Positions 49,585 through 60,206 of a DNA stretch of 64,000 nt are shown here, piece after piece. Every line of letters begins with the position of its first letter. Positions within the stretch are counted from its first letter, which is position 1. Under the pieces are notes generated by a model. That model saw only the letters and a list, made by a program, of their open reading frames with translations. It searched no databases and had not been told where the DNA came from. Made by a program: the position numbers and the translations under genes. Where the stretch lies: contig BAAIJX010000005.1 in the NCBI GenBank assembly GCA_054600435.1, positions 248,001 to 312,000 of the forward strand. The letters are read 5' to 3'. This DNA is from Neophaeotheca triangularis. Its lineage: Eukaryota.

Positions 49585-50379
49585 TTACGAACCCTGCGGA
49601 TTGTCGTCCTTGTCCTTCAATCCTTCGAACTTCCTCCTCTTCCCGCCCTTATCCTTGAGACCCTCGAACTTTCTCCTACCACCCTTGACCTCCAAGCCCT
49701 TATCGCTCAGCCCCAAAAACTTCCTCCTGCCGTCATGGAACAGGTCAACGTTGAAGTCCCTTCCCCTCGGCCCAGTGATCTTATCCTTAGATTCTTCATC
49801 CATCTCGGGCTTCCCATCCTCCCTGTCCTTCAGCAATTCACCGCCATTCCCCTTCCCACCCTCCTCTTCCGCGCAGCCGCAATCGTAAAAATCACCAATG
49901 TTCGAGCAATCGAATATCTCCTTGCCCAAACTCTTGTTCACCTCGTTATGAACATGACAGCCCCAAGCCGCTGCCGCACTTCTAGAGCTGACTTGGGGTG
50001 GGAACTTCTCCAAGATTTGCGCAAAGTGCTCGGCGCATTCGCCGCAAGGGTAGAGCCGCTGAAAGAGATGGATGTAGCTTTTGAGAGCTGCACTCTCTTC
50101 TACCGTCGGTTTGTCCGGAAACGAAGCGAAAGTCGTGTGGAATAGGTACCAGGCGTGGTTGCCTAGTTCGGCCTTTTTGGTTTCGTTGCCGATCTTGCCT
50201 GCTATTGCGTGGCCATTGAGATTAGGGATTTCAGGGCTTCCTGATTCGACATTCTTAGAGGATAGAGATATTGATGGCGCGCGGGTGGATGGGTGCGAGC
50301 CGAAGGATAGGAAGAGGAGGAAGAACAGGGCGCTCGTGGCGCAGATGGCGATGATGCTGCGCTTAGGTGGTGCAGGCAT
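49585..50379 (-). CDS. ERV2: FAD-linked sulfhydryl oxidase Erv2
   Basis: N-terminal signal anchor, AELGNHAWYLFHT, LYPCGECAEHF (CxxC), WGCHVHNEVN, FDC..IGDFYDCGC. Confidence 0.93.
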   Translation of the reverse strand: MPAPPKRSIIAICATSALFFLLFLSFGSHPSTRAPSISLSSKNVESGSPEIPNLNGHAIAGKIGNETKKAELGNHAWYLFHTTFASFPDKPTVEESAALKSYIHLFQRLYPCGECAEHFAQILEKFPPQVSSRSAAAAWGCHVHNEVNKSLGKEIFDCSNIGDFYDCGCAEEEGGKGNGGELLKDREDGKPEMDEESKDKITGPRGRDFNVDLFHDGRRKFLGLSDKGLEVKGGRRKFEGLKDKGGKRRKFEGLKDKDDNPQGS

Positions 50380-50849
50380 GGTGTGAAGTACGATTTCGTA
50401 AGATCAACAATGTCGTAGTTAGTCGGTTTACTGTGGATGCGACCAGCGCAAGATGGTGAAATGTTTGTGGAGCGGTACTGAATGCGTTATAAAAGTAGTG
50501 GGAAAAGGGACAAAGCCGGCCAGACGCACACGGCTGGCTCGTCGGAAGGTCGAGTCCGGTTGGTTCCTGCAGATGACGCTAACGCACCCCACCCCACTAT
50601 TGCCGCCCCCCCCACCAAAGTACGGGCACCTCCCGGTAAGTGACGCCGAGGTCGCCGACATCGCTCTCAGCTGGCTGCTTTTTCCACGACCACAATTCGC
50701 GTACCACCAAGTGAGCTGACCTACCTCCGTAACATCTATACCAGCATCTTTAACATATCGCTACCGCAGTCGAGAGAAGAACAATTCACACTGTTTTACA
50801 GTCCGCGAATCCGCACCTTTCCACCACGACAAATCCGCATCTCCCAACA

Positions 50850-52059
50850 ATGGCAGCCTTTCCACCACCACCGGTCAACACCATTGACTGGGACGATATA
50901 GGTTTCCGTGTGCGCGAAGGTAAAGATTGGCAACCCAGCATGCACACATTCATCCCCCACTAAGAAAGGCTCTCTCCCAACAGTTAATGGCCACATCGAG
51001 TCCCACTACTCAGTCAAGACCGGCAAATGGACAGCGCCCAAATTCGTCGAAGACCCCTTCCTCCGCATTCACGGCATGGCCCCCGGTCTCAATTACGGCC
51101 AGCATTGCTACGAAGGGCTCAAAGCCTTCCGTGCCCCTGGCGACAAAGACATCAACATCTTCCGTCCTGTGCAGAACGCCGAGCGCATGCAACACTCCGC
51201 CTCGTTCATCTCCATCCCCGAAGTCCCTGTCGAGCACTTCAACAAGTGTGTCCACCTTGCCGTCTCGCTCAATGCCGAATTTGTCCCTCCCCACCGCACC
51301 GGTGCCGCAATGTACATCCGTCCCCTCCTCTTCGGCAGTTCCGCGCAGCTCGGTCTCACCCCGCCGGAAGAGTACACCTTCCTCGTCTACGTGCTCCCCG
51401 TCGGTGTCTACCACGGCGTTCACCCCGTCGCGGCGCTTATTCTTGAGGACTTCGACCGCGCGGCTCCCGAAGGAACAGGGTCAGCTAAAATTGGCGGCAA
51501 CTATGCGCCTGTGCTCCGACACAGCGACAAGGCGAGGCAAGAAGGATTCGGGATAACGCTGCACTTGGACAGCCGTACGAGGTCGGAGATCGACGAGTTC
51601 AGCACGAGTGGTTTCATCGGCATCAAGGGCAAGCCAGAAGAGGGTTGCACCATCGTTGTGCCGGACAGCAAGAACGTCATTGCCAGCGTGACTAGCGACA
51701 GCGTCTGTCAGATTGCGAAGTCCTGGGGCTGGACGGTGGAAAAGCGGGCGATCAAATACGAGGAACTGCCGTCTTTCACAGAAGTCATGGCTGCGGGTAC
51801 TGCGGCGGCGCTGGTGCCGATCAAGAAGATTGTGATGCGGAGTAAGAATGACGAGTTTCTGTATCAGGATGGCGGCGATGAGCCTGGACCGGCTTGCGTC
51901 AAGTTCTTGGACCAGCTGAAGGGGATACAGCAGGGGAAGGTCAAGGATACTTTCGGCTGGACAGAGGGCGTGAGGGAGTATAAGCAGGACGAGTACGAGA
52001 CTGATGGCGTGGCTAGCAACGGCGATGTCGCTGGTAAGACGCCTGGCCAGCTGCCGTAA
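50850..52059 (+). CDS. Branched-chain amino acid aminotransferase (intron ~50920-50982)
   Basis: MAAFPPPPVNTIDW, LNYGQHCYEGLKAFR, MYIRPLLFG, PLP lysine in GSAKIGGNYAP, EVMAAGTAA. Confidence 0.95.
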
Positions 52060-52518
52060 AGGGGTCACTAGTAATAGTGCCGTAGAGGACTTGCGATTGG
52101 TCTACCTAGGTACCTAAAAGCACCTACGCTACTTAATGACCATTGTTGGCATTTCGTATTCACGCTTTCTGGGCTTTCCCCTGTGAAGTCGCCGGGATGA
52201 TGTCGATATCAAAAGGCGCCCGGGAGAGACTTTTCCTTCTCCAAGATCTTGCGTGGTGGGTGCGAGCGCGTGATGAAAAGATGTAGGTACCTTAGTATAG
52301 CAGCTTGAAGTAGTGCGATACCGGCAAGTGCTGACTCATCCATGTCCGCGGTCAAAGGTGGTGGTACCTGCGAGCTTGGTGGTCAAAGATCTTGTAGTAT
52401 CTTATCTTATCGCTCTTCGATCTCCAGTTTTCGACTTCAATCGCTAAACTTTTGTGCTCACGACCAACACTCCAAGAACTTTCCAAGCAAACAAATCACT
52501 CAAGTGAAATCCCTCACC

Positions 52519-53097
52519 ATGGCCGACGAAGTAGCAATTCCCCAGAAGCCTCTCCCTTACGCCTTCGACCTTGGCCACCTCCTAGTTAACGACGCCAACC
52601 CGCTCCCCCCCATCAACGACCTCCCCAGCGTGCAAGAAAAAGAAGCCGCCCTGGCAGCCGTAGCCCGTGACAATGCCCAAGCCCTAATAACCCAACTGCT
52701 CAAAGCATGCCCCATAACACGCAACAACGACGACCAGGCGCTGCAAATCACTCTCCCAGACCCCAGCCTCCACCTGCCGCGCGAAAAACCGGTTCCCAAG
52801 GAAAAGGAAAAGACGAAATGGGAGAAGTTCGCCGCCAAGAAGGGGATCAAGGACAAGGGTCGCGATGAGCGGAAGAAGATGGTCTATGACGAGGCCAAGG
52901 GGGATTGGGTGCCCAAGTGGGGGTACAAGGGGAAGAAGACGGAGGATGAGGATTGGCTTGTTGAGGTTGATGAGAAGAAGGAGAGGAGGGAGGCGCAGGC
53001 TGAGGCTGAGAAGAATGCTCCTAAGCCTAGAGGTGGGGTTAGGGGGCCTAGGGTTGCCAAGGGCGGGAAGGATAAGAAGGGCAGGAAGATGAAGTGA
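52519..53097 (+). CDS. RRS1: Ribosome biogenesis regulatory protein Rrs1
   Basis: PYAFDLGHLL..DANP, ARDNAQALI.QL, LPREKPVP..TKWEKFAAKKGI, KMVYDEAKGDWVPKWGYKG. Confidence 0.95.
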   Translation: MADEVAIPQKPLPYAFDLGHLLVNDANPLPPINDLPSVQEKEAALAAVARDNAQALITQLLKACPITRNNDDQALQITLPDPSLHLPREKPVPKEKEKTKWEKFAAKKGIKDKGRDERKKMVYDEAKGDWVPKWGYKGKKTEDEDWLVEVDEKKERREAQAEAEKNAPKPRGGVRGPRVAKGGKDKKGRKMK

Positions 53098-53506
53098 GGG
53101 GTTTGCTGAGCTGAAGGGTCTGCTTCATGGCAAGACTGTCGCTTCGAGGTGCGATGCCATGTGTATTGAGGAGATCGGTTACAAAGTCTATGGCGTTTGG
53201 CGTGCGAGCGTGCTGCCGGGCTTTTTTTGCGTTTGAAGGCAGAGACTGATCATAATGATACCCTCGCTGGACTGTAACATTACGAGATGGTTGTCTAGGG
53301 CGGGCTTTTCACGAAGTCGAATTTGAAAGCAGCAAGGTAGTGCCGCCCACTCGACGTCTGCTAGTAAGATGGCGCGACCCGGGATGACGATATCTAGGGG
53401 TTGGCGGTCATATCTATTTGTGCGGCCGGATGAAGTAGTTCTGATGTACTATTGACATTCAAACATCAAGACTAGCCATAGCGGCCTGTCCGACCAGCTG
53501 TTGCCC

Positions 53507-56062
53507 TCACCTCCCTCTCCTAATATCACCTACAGCCTTTCTCCTATAATCACTCTCCGCAAACAAGGCCTCAATCAAGTCGACGACTTCCTCGGGCTCA
53601 AACTCCAAACTCAACTCCCCTTCCTGCCACATGTACTTGATATCCGCCAGACTGCTCTCCAAGACCTCGCCCAAATACTGAAACTTCAACCAAGAGGGAC
53701 AGTAGATGAAGGTCATATCGTTACCCTCACCTCCACCCTCCACCGGCCCCCCACCAGACTGCTGCGGCTGCGCCGGGGTGATGAAGAGCTCCCTCAGCCC
53801 AGAAACAGTATCCAGTAATTTCTTCAACTGCTTCGAGTCGGCCTCAGAAATGTCCTGCAAGTCCTCGACCTCGGAGATGACCTTACCCGTCACCGTCGCC
53901 AGCAAGTTGCCCAAACTCTGCAGCAGCGCCGACGGCGGCAGTATGTCTTTCCACTGCCTGTGCACCTCGCGCAAACGGTCTACAGTCTGCTCTACGGCGC
54001 TCTCGCTCTCGCTCTTGTACGGCTGCACCGTGCAACTGCCGAAACCCTGCGCGCCGTCGAGCATGTCGCGGACGACGGTTCGCTGGGCTTCCATTTCGGA
54101 CGTGTAGGCGCGTTTGGCGAATGTTTCCAACGCTTTGACGTCGGCGTCGAGGCGAAGGCGGGACTGGGCGGGTTGCGTGGCTTGCCAATTGCGGAGCGAG
54201 GAGGCCAGGCGCAGCGCGTCGTTATAGATTAGCATATTGCCGACGGGGAGATTGGAGTAGGCTGTGGGGGCCGTGGCGCGGTAAATGGCCAGGGCGAGGG
54301 TGGGGATGGTGTAGAGAGCCGCTGCTGCTGGGGCGATGGGGGAGGAGGCATGGGCTGGAGTTGCGAGCGATTGGGCGTCGGAGATGATTTGCTGGATCAT
54401 GCTTAGAATCGAGTCGGGAATCGAGGTGACGGTATAGGATTCACGCAAGGTCATCTCGCGCTCCTGGGGCTGGTTCTCAGCAGACTGGGAGATGTTCTTC
54501 AGTGGTGATGGTGGCTGCTTGCGGGCGCTGGTTGGACTGCCTGGTTTCTGTGTGTCGTCCTCATTATCCCAGCCCCAAGCTTCCTCCTCGTTGTCTTCAT
54601 CCTTGTCAATGTCATCAGCATCATCAATGCCCCAGGCAGTTGCTTCGTCGTCATCGTTGTCGCTATGCTCGGTAGTACCATCACTGTACACCGACTTGGT
54701 CTGCGGGGTTGGAGGTACAGGGTCTTCATCTTGATCGTCCCAAGCGCCCCATTCGTCTTCTGCACCCTCGCCACCACCACCTTCACCACCACCACCACCA
54801 CCAGCTAATGCATCCTCTTTGCTGACCATTTGCGTTTCGACGCGTTCTACAACCTTCGTGTCTCGCAGCCCAGCAAAGACAACGTTACGCACGTCTCCAA
54901 GCACTGCTTCTCTACGCTTGGTGAGCCACAATCGGGGAATGCTCTGCACCCACTCTCGCAAAGGTGCGGAGCCATGCCAATCATGACCATCCACTTTGTC
55001 CGCCAAAGCAATGACATCCGCGAGGAGTTGGTTGAAGGCGTCGAGCTGTCCTAGGTCTAGCGGCATGGCAGGGTCGAGCCACTCTTCTTCGAGCTGAGAT
55101 GCCAACTTTGGGATAAGATGCTGCGACAACGGCACACACACCGATGACGGTAGCCTAGTCGCAAGATAGTCGACAATGTTGTGCAAATCTTTGAATAACT
55201 CTGTCGACTGTTGGCTGCTTTTATCAGAGGCCTGACACTCGATACGGTCATGATCAATATTGACAGCACCCAATCTCCCTTGCCTGTCGCTGAAGATGCG
55301 TGGTCTTATAATGGCTCGCTCAAAGTCTTTGCCGAAGCGCTGCAGCGTAGCATCCAACGTCTGTAACCCTGCTAGCGTGTCCAAGACCGTTTGTATGTCT
55401 CCACCAATAGCCTCATCGTTGCGCTCTCGGATTACAACGCAGTGATCCTTGATATTGACCGCAACCAGTAGATTCCAATAGTCATTTGCCGTCTCTGCAA
55501 TGCTGCTCTTCAGCTCAGACGACCGAGCTTTGAGCAGGCCATAAGCTCTCGAATCGCCCAAACCGCCCAACCCTTCGACAACTGAATTCGCTTCTTCAAG
55601 CTTCCGCAAAGCCTGCGCTACCTGTCCAGCAGAAGCCTTTTCTTGTACCCCATCTAACATGGCGTTGGCCGACCTCAAATGCTCCAATGTCCCCACGAGC
55701 GAATCATTAAAAGCAACTTCCTTCTCCAACAACGCCGCCTTGCTTCCAGCATCTTGAACGTCACTCTTCAGCTTACTTGCCTCCTCTGCAGCCGAGACGA
55801 TATCCCTAGCCGTATCTCTCGAACGAAGTATATCACTCTGAAGTTCCTTGGCCCTCGAGATCCACGTGTCGATATCGGAGGCGGTGGACCTGCTGAGAGC
55901 GCGCACTTCGTTTTTCGCTTCATTTTGAGCATTTTGCAAGGCCTGCACCAAGGGTTCGAGGGACTCGGCGGGTATTTCGGCGGATGCTATGTCTTCGGAC
56001 TCTGGGTAGGCGCCGTGATCAATGTAACCCAGTATTGCTGGGGTGAGGACGTCTGCCGCCAT
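53507..56062 (-). CDS. ZW10/Dsl1 family tethering protein
   Basis: Helical protein with acidic Trp-containing lasso (EWGAWDD, AWGIDD, AWGWDNE) and C-terminal WLKFQYLGEVLESSLADIKYMW.EGELSLEF..EEVVDLIEALFAES.YRRKA. Confidence 0.88.
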   Translation of the reverse strand: MAADVLTPAILGYIDHGAYPESEDIASAEIPAESLEPLVQALQNAQNEAKNEVRALSRSTASDIDTWISRAKELQSDILRSRDTARDIVSAAEEASKLKSDVQDAGSKAALLEKEVAFNDSLVGTLEHLRSANAMLDGVQEKASAGQVAQALRKLEEANSVVEGLGGLGDSRAYGLLKARSSELKSSIAETANDYWNLLVAVNIKDHCVVIRERNDEAIGGDIQTVLDTLAGLQTLDATLQRFGKDFERAIIRPRIFSDRQGRLGAVNIDHDRIECQASDKSSQQSTELFKDLHNIVDYLATRLPSSVCVPLSQHLIPKLASQLEEEWLDPAMPLDLGQLDAFNQLLADVIALADKVDGHDWHGSAPLREWVQSIPRLWLTKRREAVLGDVRNVVFAGLRDTKVVERVETQMVSKEDALAGGGGGGEGGGGEGAEDEWGAWDDQDEDPVPPTPQTKSVYSDGTTEHSDNDDDEATAWGIDDADDIDKDEDNEEEAWGWDNEDDTQKPGSPTSARKQPPSPLKNISQSAENQPQEREMTLRESYTVTSIPDSILSMIQQIISDAQSLATPAHASSPIAPAAAALYTIPTLALAIYRATAPTAYSNLPVGNMLIYNDALRLASSLRNWQATQPAQSRLRLDADVKALETFAKRAYTSEMEAQRTVVRDMLDGAQGFGSCTVQPYKSESESAVEQTVDRLREVHRQWKDILPPSALLQSLGNLLATVTGKVISEVEDLQDISEADSKQLKKLLDTVSGLRELFITPAQPQQSGGGPVEGGGEGNDMTFIYCPSWLKFQYLGEVLESSLADIKYMWQEGELSLEFEPEEVVDLIEALFAESDYRRKAVGDIRRGR

Positions 56063-56577
56063 GCTGTAGGTATGCTTGCTCAACACCTACGACGTGTGAT
56101 CGATTCGGTTTGTAGCCAATCCCTTACGGCAGGGTGAAAGGCAAAATGCAATTGGAACGAAACATACGTTGTTGTGCTGTTCTTTCGGGAAAGCGCGCTA
56201 GCCAAGCGTCGTTCAGGTGAAAGTGGCTTCGGTACGTCCAAACGCTAGCGGTGCGTCGCTACTGCCCAATTAGAGACAGCCAACAGACTACATCCCGTCC
56301 TAAGCCTCGGACCCCTCCCTGAAGGAAGGCGGGAACTTCTACAAGCGAACACGACTGCGACAACGAGAACAGATATCAAAGGATTCGAGCCTATTTGTAA
56401 CTTGCATAGACGCTTCTTTGGCAACAACTGTGCAGTGTCTGCATCTTACTCATGACTTTGATCTGTTCAGCTTCTACTAGACATACATACTTGCGTCAAT
56501 AGGAACCCTCAATCAACTCAACTTGAAAGTAAAGAAGATTCTGAGAGCTTACCAATCAAACTGCAGCAGCTCTTGAG

Positions 56578-58275
56578 ATGCCCAAACGATCTCCAGGCTG
56601 CTTTAACTGCCGCAGACGCAAGGTCCGCTGCGATGAGACGCGCCCGTGGTGCAATCGTTGTGCCACACACGGCGTGCAGTGCTTGGGCTATCGCACAGAA
56701 AAAGCCGGCGGCTTCGAGTTCCAGGACCAAACGAAAGAGGTCGTGATCAGAGCCAAGCAGGTGTACAGACGCAAGGCAACAGAACACCGATCAAGCACGG
56801 ATTCAACGAGCTCAGAGTTCGATTCCGAACGATCCGTTTCCTCAACATCATCTACACCGGGGCTACCGTCCCAGTCGAACTCCAATCACTTCGCGACCAC
56901 ATCTTCCCAACCAACCCTGTCTAAAAATCTCGCATTAATCCAAACACCTCCACCCACCCAGTCCATCCACTCCCCAGCCGCAACCCGCAGTGCCCTTTAC
57001 CAAACCTTCCTAGACCTCTACATCCCCCGCAGCAGCCCGGTAACCGGCGACCACTTCTCCTTCTTCAACAAACTCTTCTCCATCACAACACCACCCCACG
57101 CCGCCCTCACCGCCGGCCTCGATGCCCTCTCCCTCTGCCAAATCGGCAGCATCCACAAAGACACTAACCTCCTACGCTCCGCGAGCGCGAGCTACGGCGC
57201 AGCGCTCAACGCCCTCCACCGCAGTCTCGCGGGCATGAAGTCGGAGCAAGCGGTGCGCGACGACAATGTCCTAGCGGCCGTGACGGTGCTCACGGTTTGT
57301 GAATTCTACGACAGCATGGGAGATCCCCAGGGCCAGGGGTGGGGACGGCATGTGCACGGCATGGAGAACTTGCTTGAGGCGCGCGGACCGTCGACTTTGG
57401 AGAGTGACTTGAGTTTGCAGTTGTTCTCGCATGCGAGGCAAGGGTCGTTGTGTCATGCTTTGATTGAGAGGAGGGAGTTGAAATTTGCAAGGCCGGAGTG
57501 GCGGGCTGCGGCTTTCAGGTGCCCGATTGTGGATCGGAGTACTTGGTTTTGTGATGTGGCTGTTAGGTTGCCCGGGCTGCTTGAAAGACATGATCGGCTT
57601 GCTGATGACATAGAGGTTTACGAGGCCGGCAAAGCAGATGAAAGTTGGCGAGAGGACGGCGTCAAATATCTGCTGCTCAGCAATGTCGATCAGCTGGTTA
57701 CTGATTGCGAGATGTTGGAGCTAGAATTACGACAGTGGTACTACGACTGGCTAGCGATGACCAATGGTGAACCCAAGTATACTCTCGAGCCGATCGAGAC
57801 TTTCACGACGTTCACCGGCTTGGTCACCAACCGCACCTTCGACCACGCTTACAACTTCCCCAACTTCATGGTCGGCTACCTGTATTCCCTTTACTGGCTT
57901 TGCATATACAACATGCGCGTTAACTTGCGTTCGCTATGTGCCTTGCGGGAGAAGCTCGAGTCGTACTCTTGGACTACTTTCTGCAAACCGCGTGGACCAG
58001 ACTGGCCCAGTGAAGAAGAACTTGTAGGCTACGTCTTCGATCTCTGCCAATGCATGCCATTCTTCTGCGAGCCGATCAGCTCCGCTACGGGGAACGTCGG
58101 GCTCTTCCTGCCGCTTCGCACCGCGGCGTTTTGGTTCCGCGACCATGCAATGTGGCGGCATCTTGTATGGATTGGCGAGGTCAGAGAGAAGTGCTTTGTC
58201 AAAGGCTTGTCACCCCCCAGGGTAGACTCTGGCAAATTACCCAACCTGCCGCAGCGGGCTGGGCAAGCAAATTGA
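56578..58275 (+). CDS. Zn(II)2Cys6 fungal transcription factor
   Basis: CFNCRRRKVRCDETRPWCNRCATHGVQC, then a middle region with YG.AL..L, LTVCEF, W.RHVHG...LL.ARGP. Confidence 0.93.
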   Translation: MPKRSPGCFNCRRRKVRCDETRPWCNRCATHGVQCLGYRTEKAGGFEFQDQTKEVVIRAKQVYRRKATEHRSSTDSTSSEFDSERSVSSTSSTPGLPSQSNSNHFATTSSQPTLSKNLALIQTPPPTQSIHSPAATRSALYQTFLDLYIPRSSPVTGDHFSFFNKLFSITTPPHAALTAGLDALSLCQIGSIHKDTNLLRSASASYGAALNALHRSLAGMKSEQAVRDDNVLAAVTVLTVCEFYDSMGDPQGQGWGRHVHGMENLLEARGPSTLESDLSLQLFSHARQGSLCHALIERRELKFARPEWRAAAFRCPIVDRSTWFCDVAVRLPGLLERHDRLADDIEVYEAGKADESWREDGVKYLLLSNVDQLVTDCEMLELELRQWYYDWLAMTNGEPKYTLEPIETFTTFTGLVTNRTFDHAYNFPNFMVGYLYSLYWLCIYNMRVNLRSLCALREKLESYSWTTFCKPRGPDWPSEEELVGYVFDLCQCMPFFCEPISSATGNVGLFLPLRTAAFWFRDHAMWRHLVWIGEVREKCFVKGLSPPRVDSGKLPNLPQRAGQAN

Positions 58276-58290
58276 CTTTTGAGTTGCCCT

Positions 58291-60126
58291 TCAATCACCA
58301 TCCGGGTTCAACAACACGTCACTGCTACCGGCTTCCTCCTCCAACTCGCGGTCGTGCAGCTCCTCAGCATGTGCTGCAACCTCTGGGTCCAGTTCGTCGC
58401 CGAGATCGTGCGTGCCGAGGAATTTGCGTCCTTGGATTTTTTCTGGCAGATACTCCTGAGCCACGCGACCGTCCTTGTAGTCCGGGTTATATTTATACTT
58501 CTTGCCGTACCCTAGCTCCTTCATTAGCTTCGTCGGTGCGTTGCGTATCTGCAGTGGAATCGGCAAGCTGGCAACGCCGGGCGACTTGAGCGACGCGTAT
58601 GCTTCGTTCAGGCCTCTGTACGCCCTCACGGATTTAGGAGCGAGAGCCAGAGCTACGGCGCAGTGACCCAGGTTGATACGACACTCGGGCATGCCGACCT
58701 TCTCGGCAGCGGTGTATGCCGCAGTAGCGAGGCTGAGCATGCTGTTATCGGCGAGTCCAACATCTTCGCTTGCAATTACAATCATGCGTCGGGCAACGTA
58801 GAGGGGGTCTTCGCCACTTTGGAGCATTCTAGCTAGATAATAAAGGGTCGCGTCAGCGTCGGAACCTCTCACAGACTTGTGGAAGGCGCTGATAGTATCG
58901 TAGTGTTGGTCCCCGGCGCGATCATAAACGAGAGTCTGGGTCAGGCTGCGCTTGATCTCATCTACGGTCGTGTTCGGTCGTTGACAGAGGTCGATAGCAA
59001 GCTCGAGAAGATTCAATCCAGTACGTGCATCGCCCTCTGCAAATGCTGCGAGGTAATGTACAAGACCATAATCGTCGTCAGTGAGGAGATGGTAGCTTGA
59101 TCGCGAAGCATCGCCGCCCAGTAGCTCTTTCGAATCTTCAGATGAAGGACTTGATGATGGTGTTGGAAGGCCTGGTACTTCTCTTTGCAGAGCTCGCTTC
59201 AGAATACCAAAGACGTCTGGCTCCTCTAGCTTCGACAAAGTAAAAGTCCTGCACCGGCTCAACAGTGCATTCACCACCTTGAAGCTCGGATTCTCTGTGG
59301 TAGCACCGATGAGTGTGACCTGCCCTGATTCCACGGGCGCCAGAAAAACGTCCTGTTGTGACTTTGAGAACCTGTGAAGCTCGTCGCAGAAAATGATCGT
59401 TTTCCTTCCCGTCAAACCCAGCTCGTTCTTTGCTTCTTGGAATAGCTTCTTGCATTCTGCAACACCGCTGCTTGTGCTGTTGATCTCCACGAAGCGTGTG
59501 CCAGCTGTTTGGGCGATCAAACGTGCAATCGTAGTTTTCCCAGTGCCTGGACCTCCCCACAAGACCATTGATGGTACGCGATCGGCCTCAATGAGCCCAC
59601 GAAGAACACCATCTGGACCCACGAGTGACTGGCCAGCTACTTCATCGAGTGTCTGCGGGCGCATACGTTCGGCAAGTGGCGCGTTGCTGCTCTTTTGCTT
59701 CTTCGCCTTTGGAGAGGTGACTTTGGGTCGTGACTCCTGGTCCTCTGTCGGCATTCCTTCGTCATCTGGTTCTCGTTGTCGTTTCGACCTGTCGTTCAGC
59801 TTCGAACCAAGCCATGACTTTGACCCTGCCGGCTGCTGAGTGCTGGACAGAAATCCAGCAGCGAGCGGAGAGGGTGCTGCTGGGGTGTATGTATGCTGCA
59901 GAGCTGTATCCGTCTCCTTGAGACTCACACTGCGCTTCGGGGTCTGGAAGAAGCTTGCTGCTGAGGGCTTGGCACGAGGAGCCTGAGTACTACTAGTAGC
60001 ATTCGACGGTGGTGCTTGCGTTGGTGGTGGGGAGGATTCGTCGATCAACTCGCGGCATTCCGCGTCAAGGTGGCGGTTGATGTTGATTTCCTTGACCGGT
60101 TTGCTGCAGACCGGGCACGAGACCAT
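58291..60126 (-). CDS. MGS1: DNA-dependent AAA+ ATPase Mgs1/WRNIP1
   Basis: UBZ CPVC..INRHLD, PLAERMRPQTLDEV.GQ, GGPGTGKT, DELHRFSKSQQD, IGATTENPSF, HYDTISAFHKSVRGSD, IRNAPTKLMKELGYG. Confidence 0.96.
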   Translation of the reverse strand: MVSCPVCSKPVKEININRHLDAECRELIDESSPPPTQAPPSNATSSTQAPRAKPSAASFFQTPKRSVSLKETDTALQHTYTPAAPSPLAAGFLSSTQQPAGSKSWLGSKLNDRSKRQREPDDEGMPTEDQESRPKVTSPKAKKQKSSNAPLAERMRPQTLDEVAGQSLVGPDGVLRGLIEADRVPSMVLWGGPGTGKTTIARLIAQTAGTRFVEINSTSSGVAECKKLFQEAKNELGLTGRKTIIFCDELHRFSKSQQDVFLAPVESGQVTLIGATTENPSFKVVNALLSRCRTFTLSKLEEPDVFGILKRALQREVPGLPTPSSSPSSEDSKELLGGDASRSSYHLLTDDDYGLVHYLAAFAEGDARTGLNLLELAIDLCQRPNTTVDEIKRSLTQTLVYDRAGDQHYDTISAFHKSVRGSDADATLYYLARMLQSGEDPLYVARRMIVIASEDVGLADNSMLSLATAAYTAAEKVGMPECRINLGHCAVALALAPKSVRAYRGLNEAYASLKSPGVASLPIPLQIRNAPTKLMKELGYGKKYKYNPDYKDGRVAQEYLPEKIQGRKFLGTHDLGDELDPEVAAHAEELHDRELEEEAGSSDVLLNPDGD

Positions 60127-60176
60127 TGCCGCTTTTCAAAGCGTCGCCTTGGTCGGGTATGTAGCAAATTGCAGAG

Positions 60177-60206
60177 ACGCGTACAGTGGACGGACAGAAG
60201 ACGCGA
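60177..60206. promoter_or_regulatory. MCB-like elements upstream of MGS1
   Basis: ACGCGT at 60177-60182 and ACGCGA at 60201-60206, 50-80 bp from the MGS1 ATG. Confidence 0.45.
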
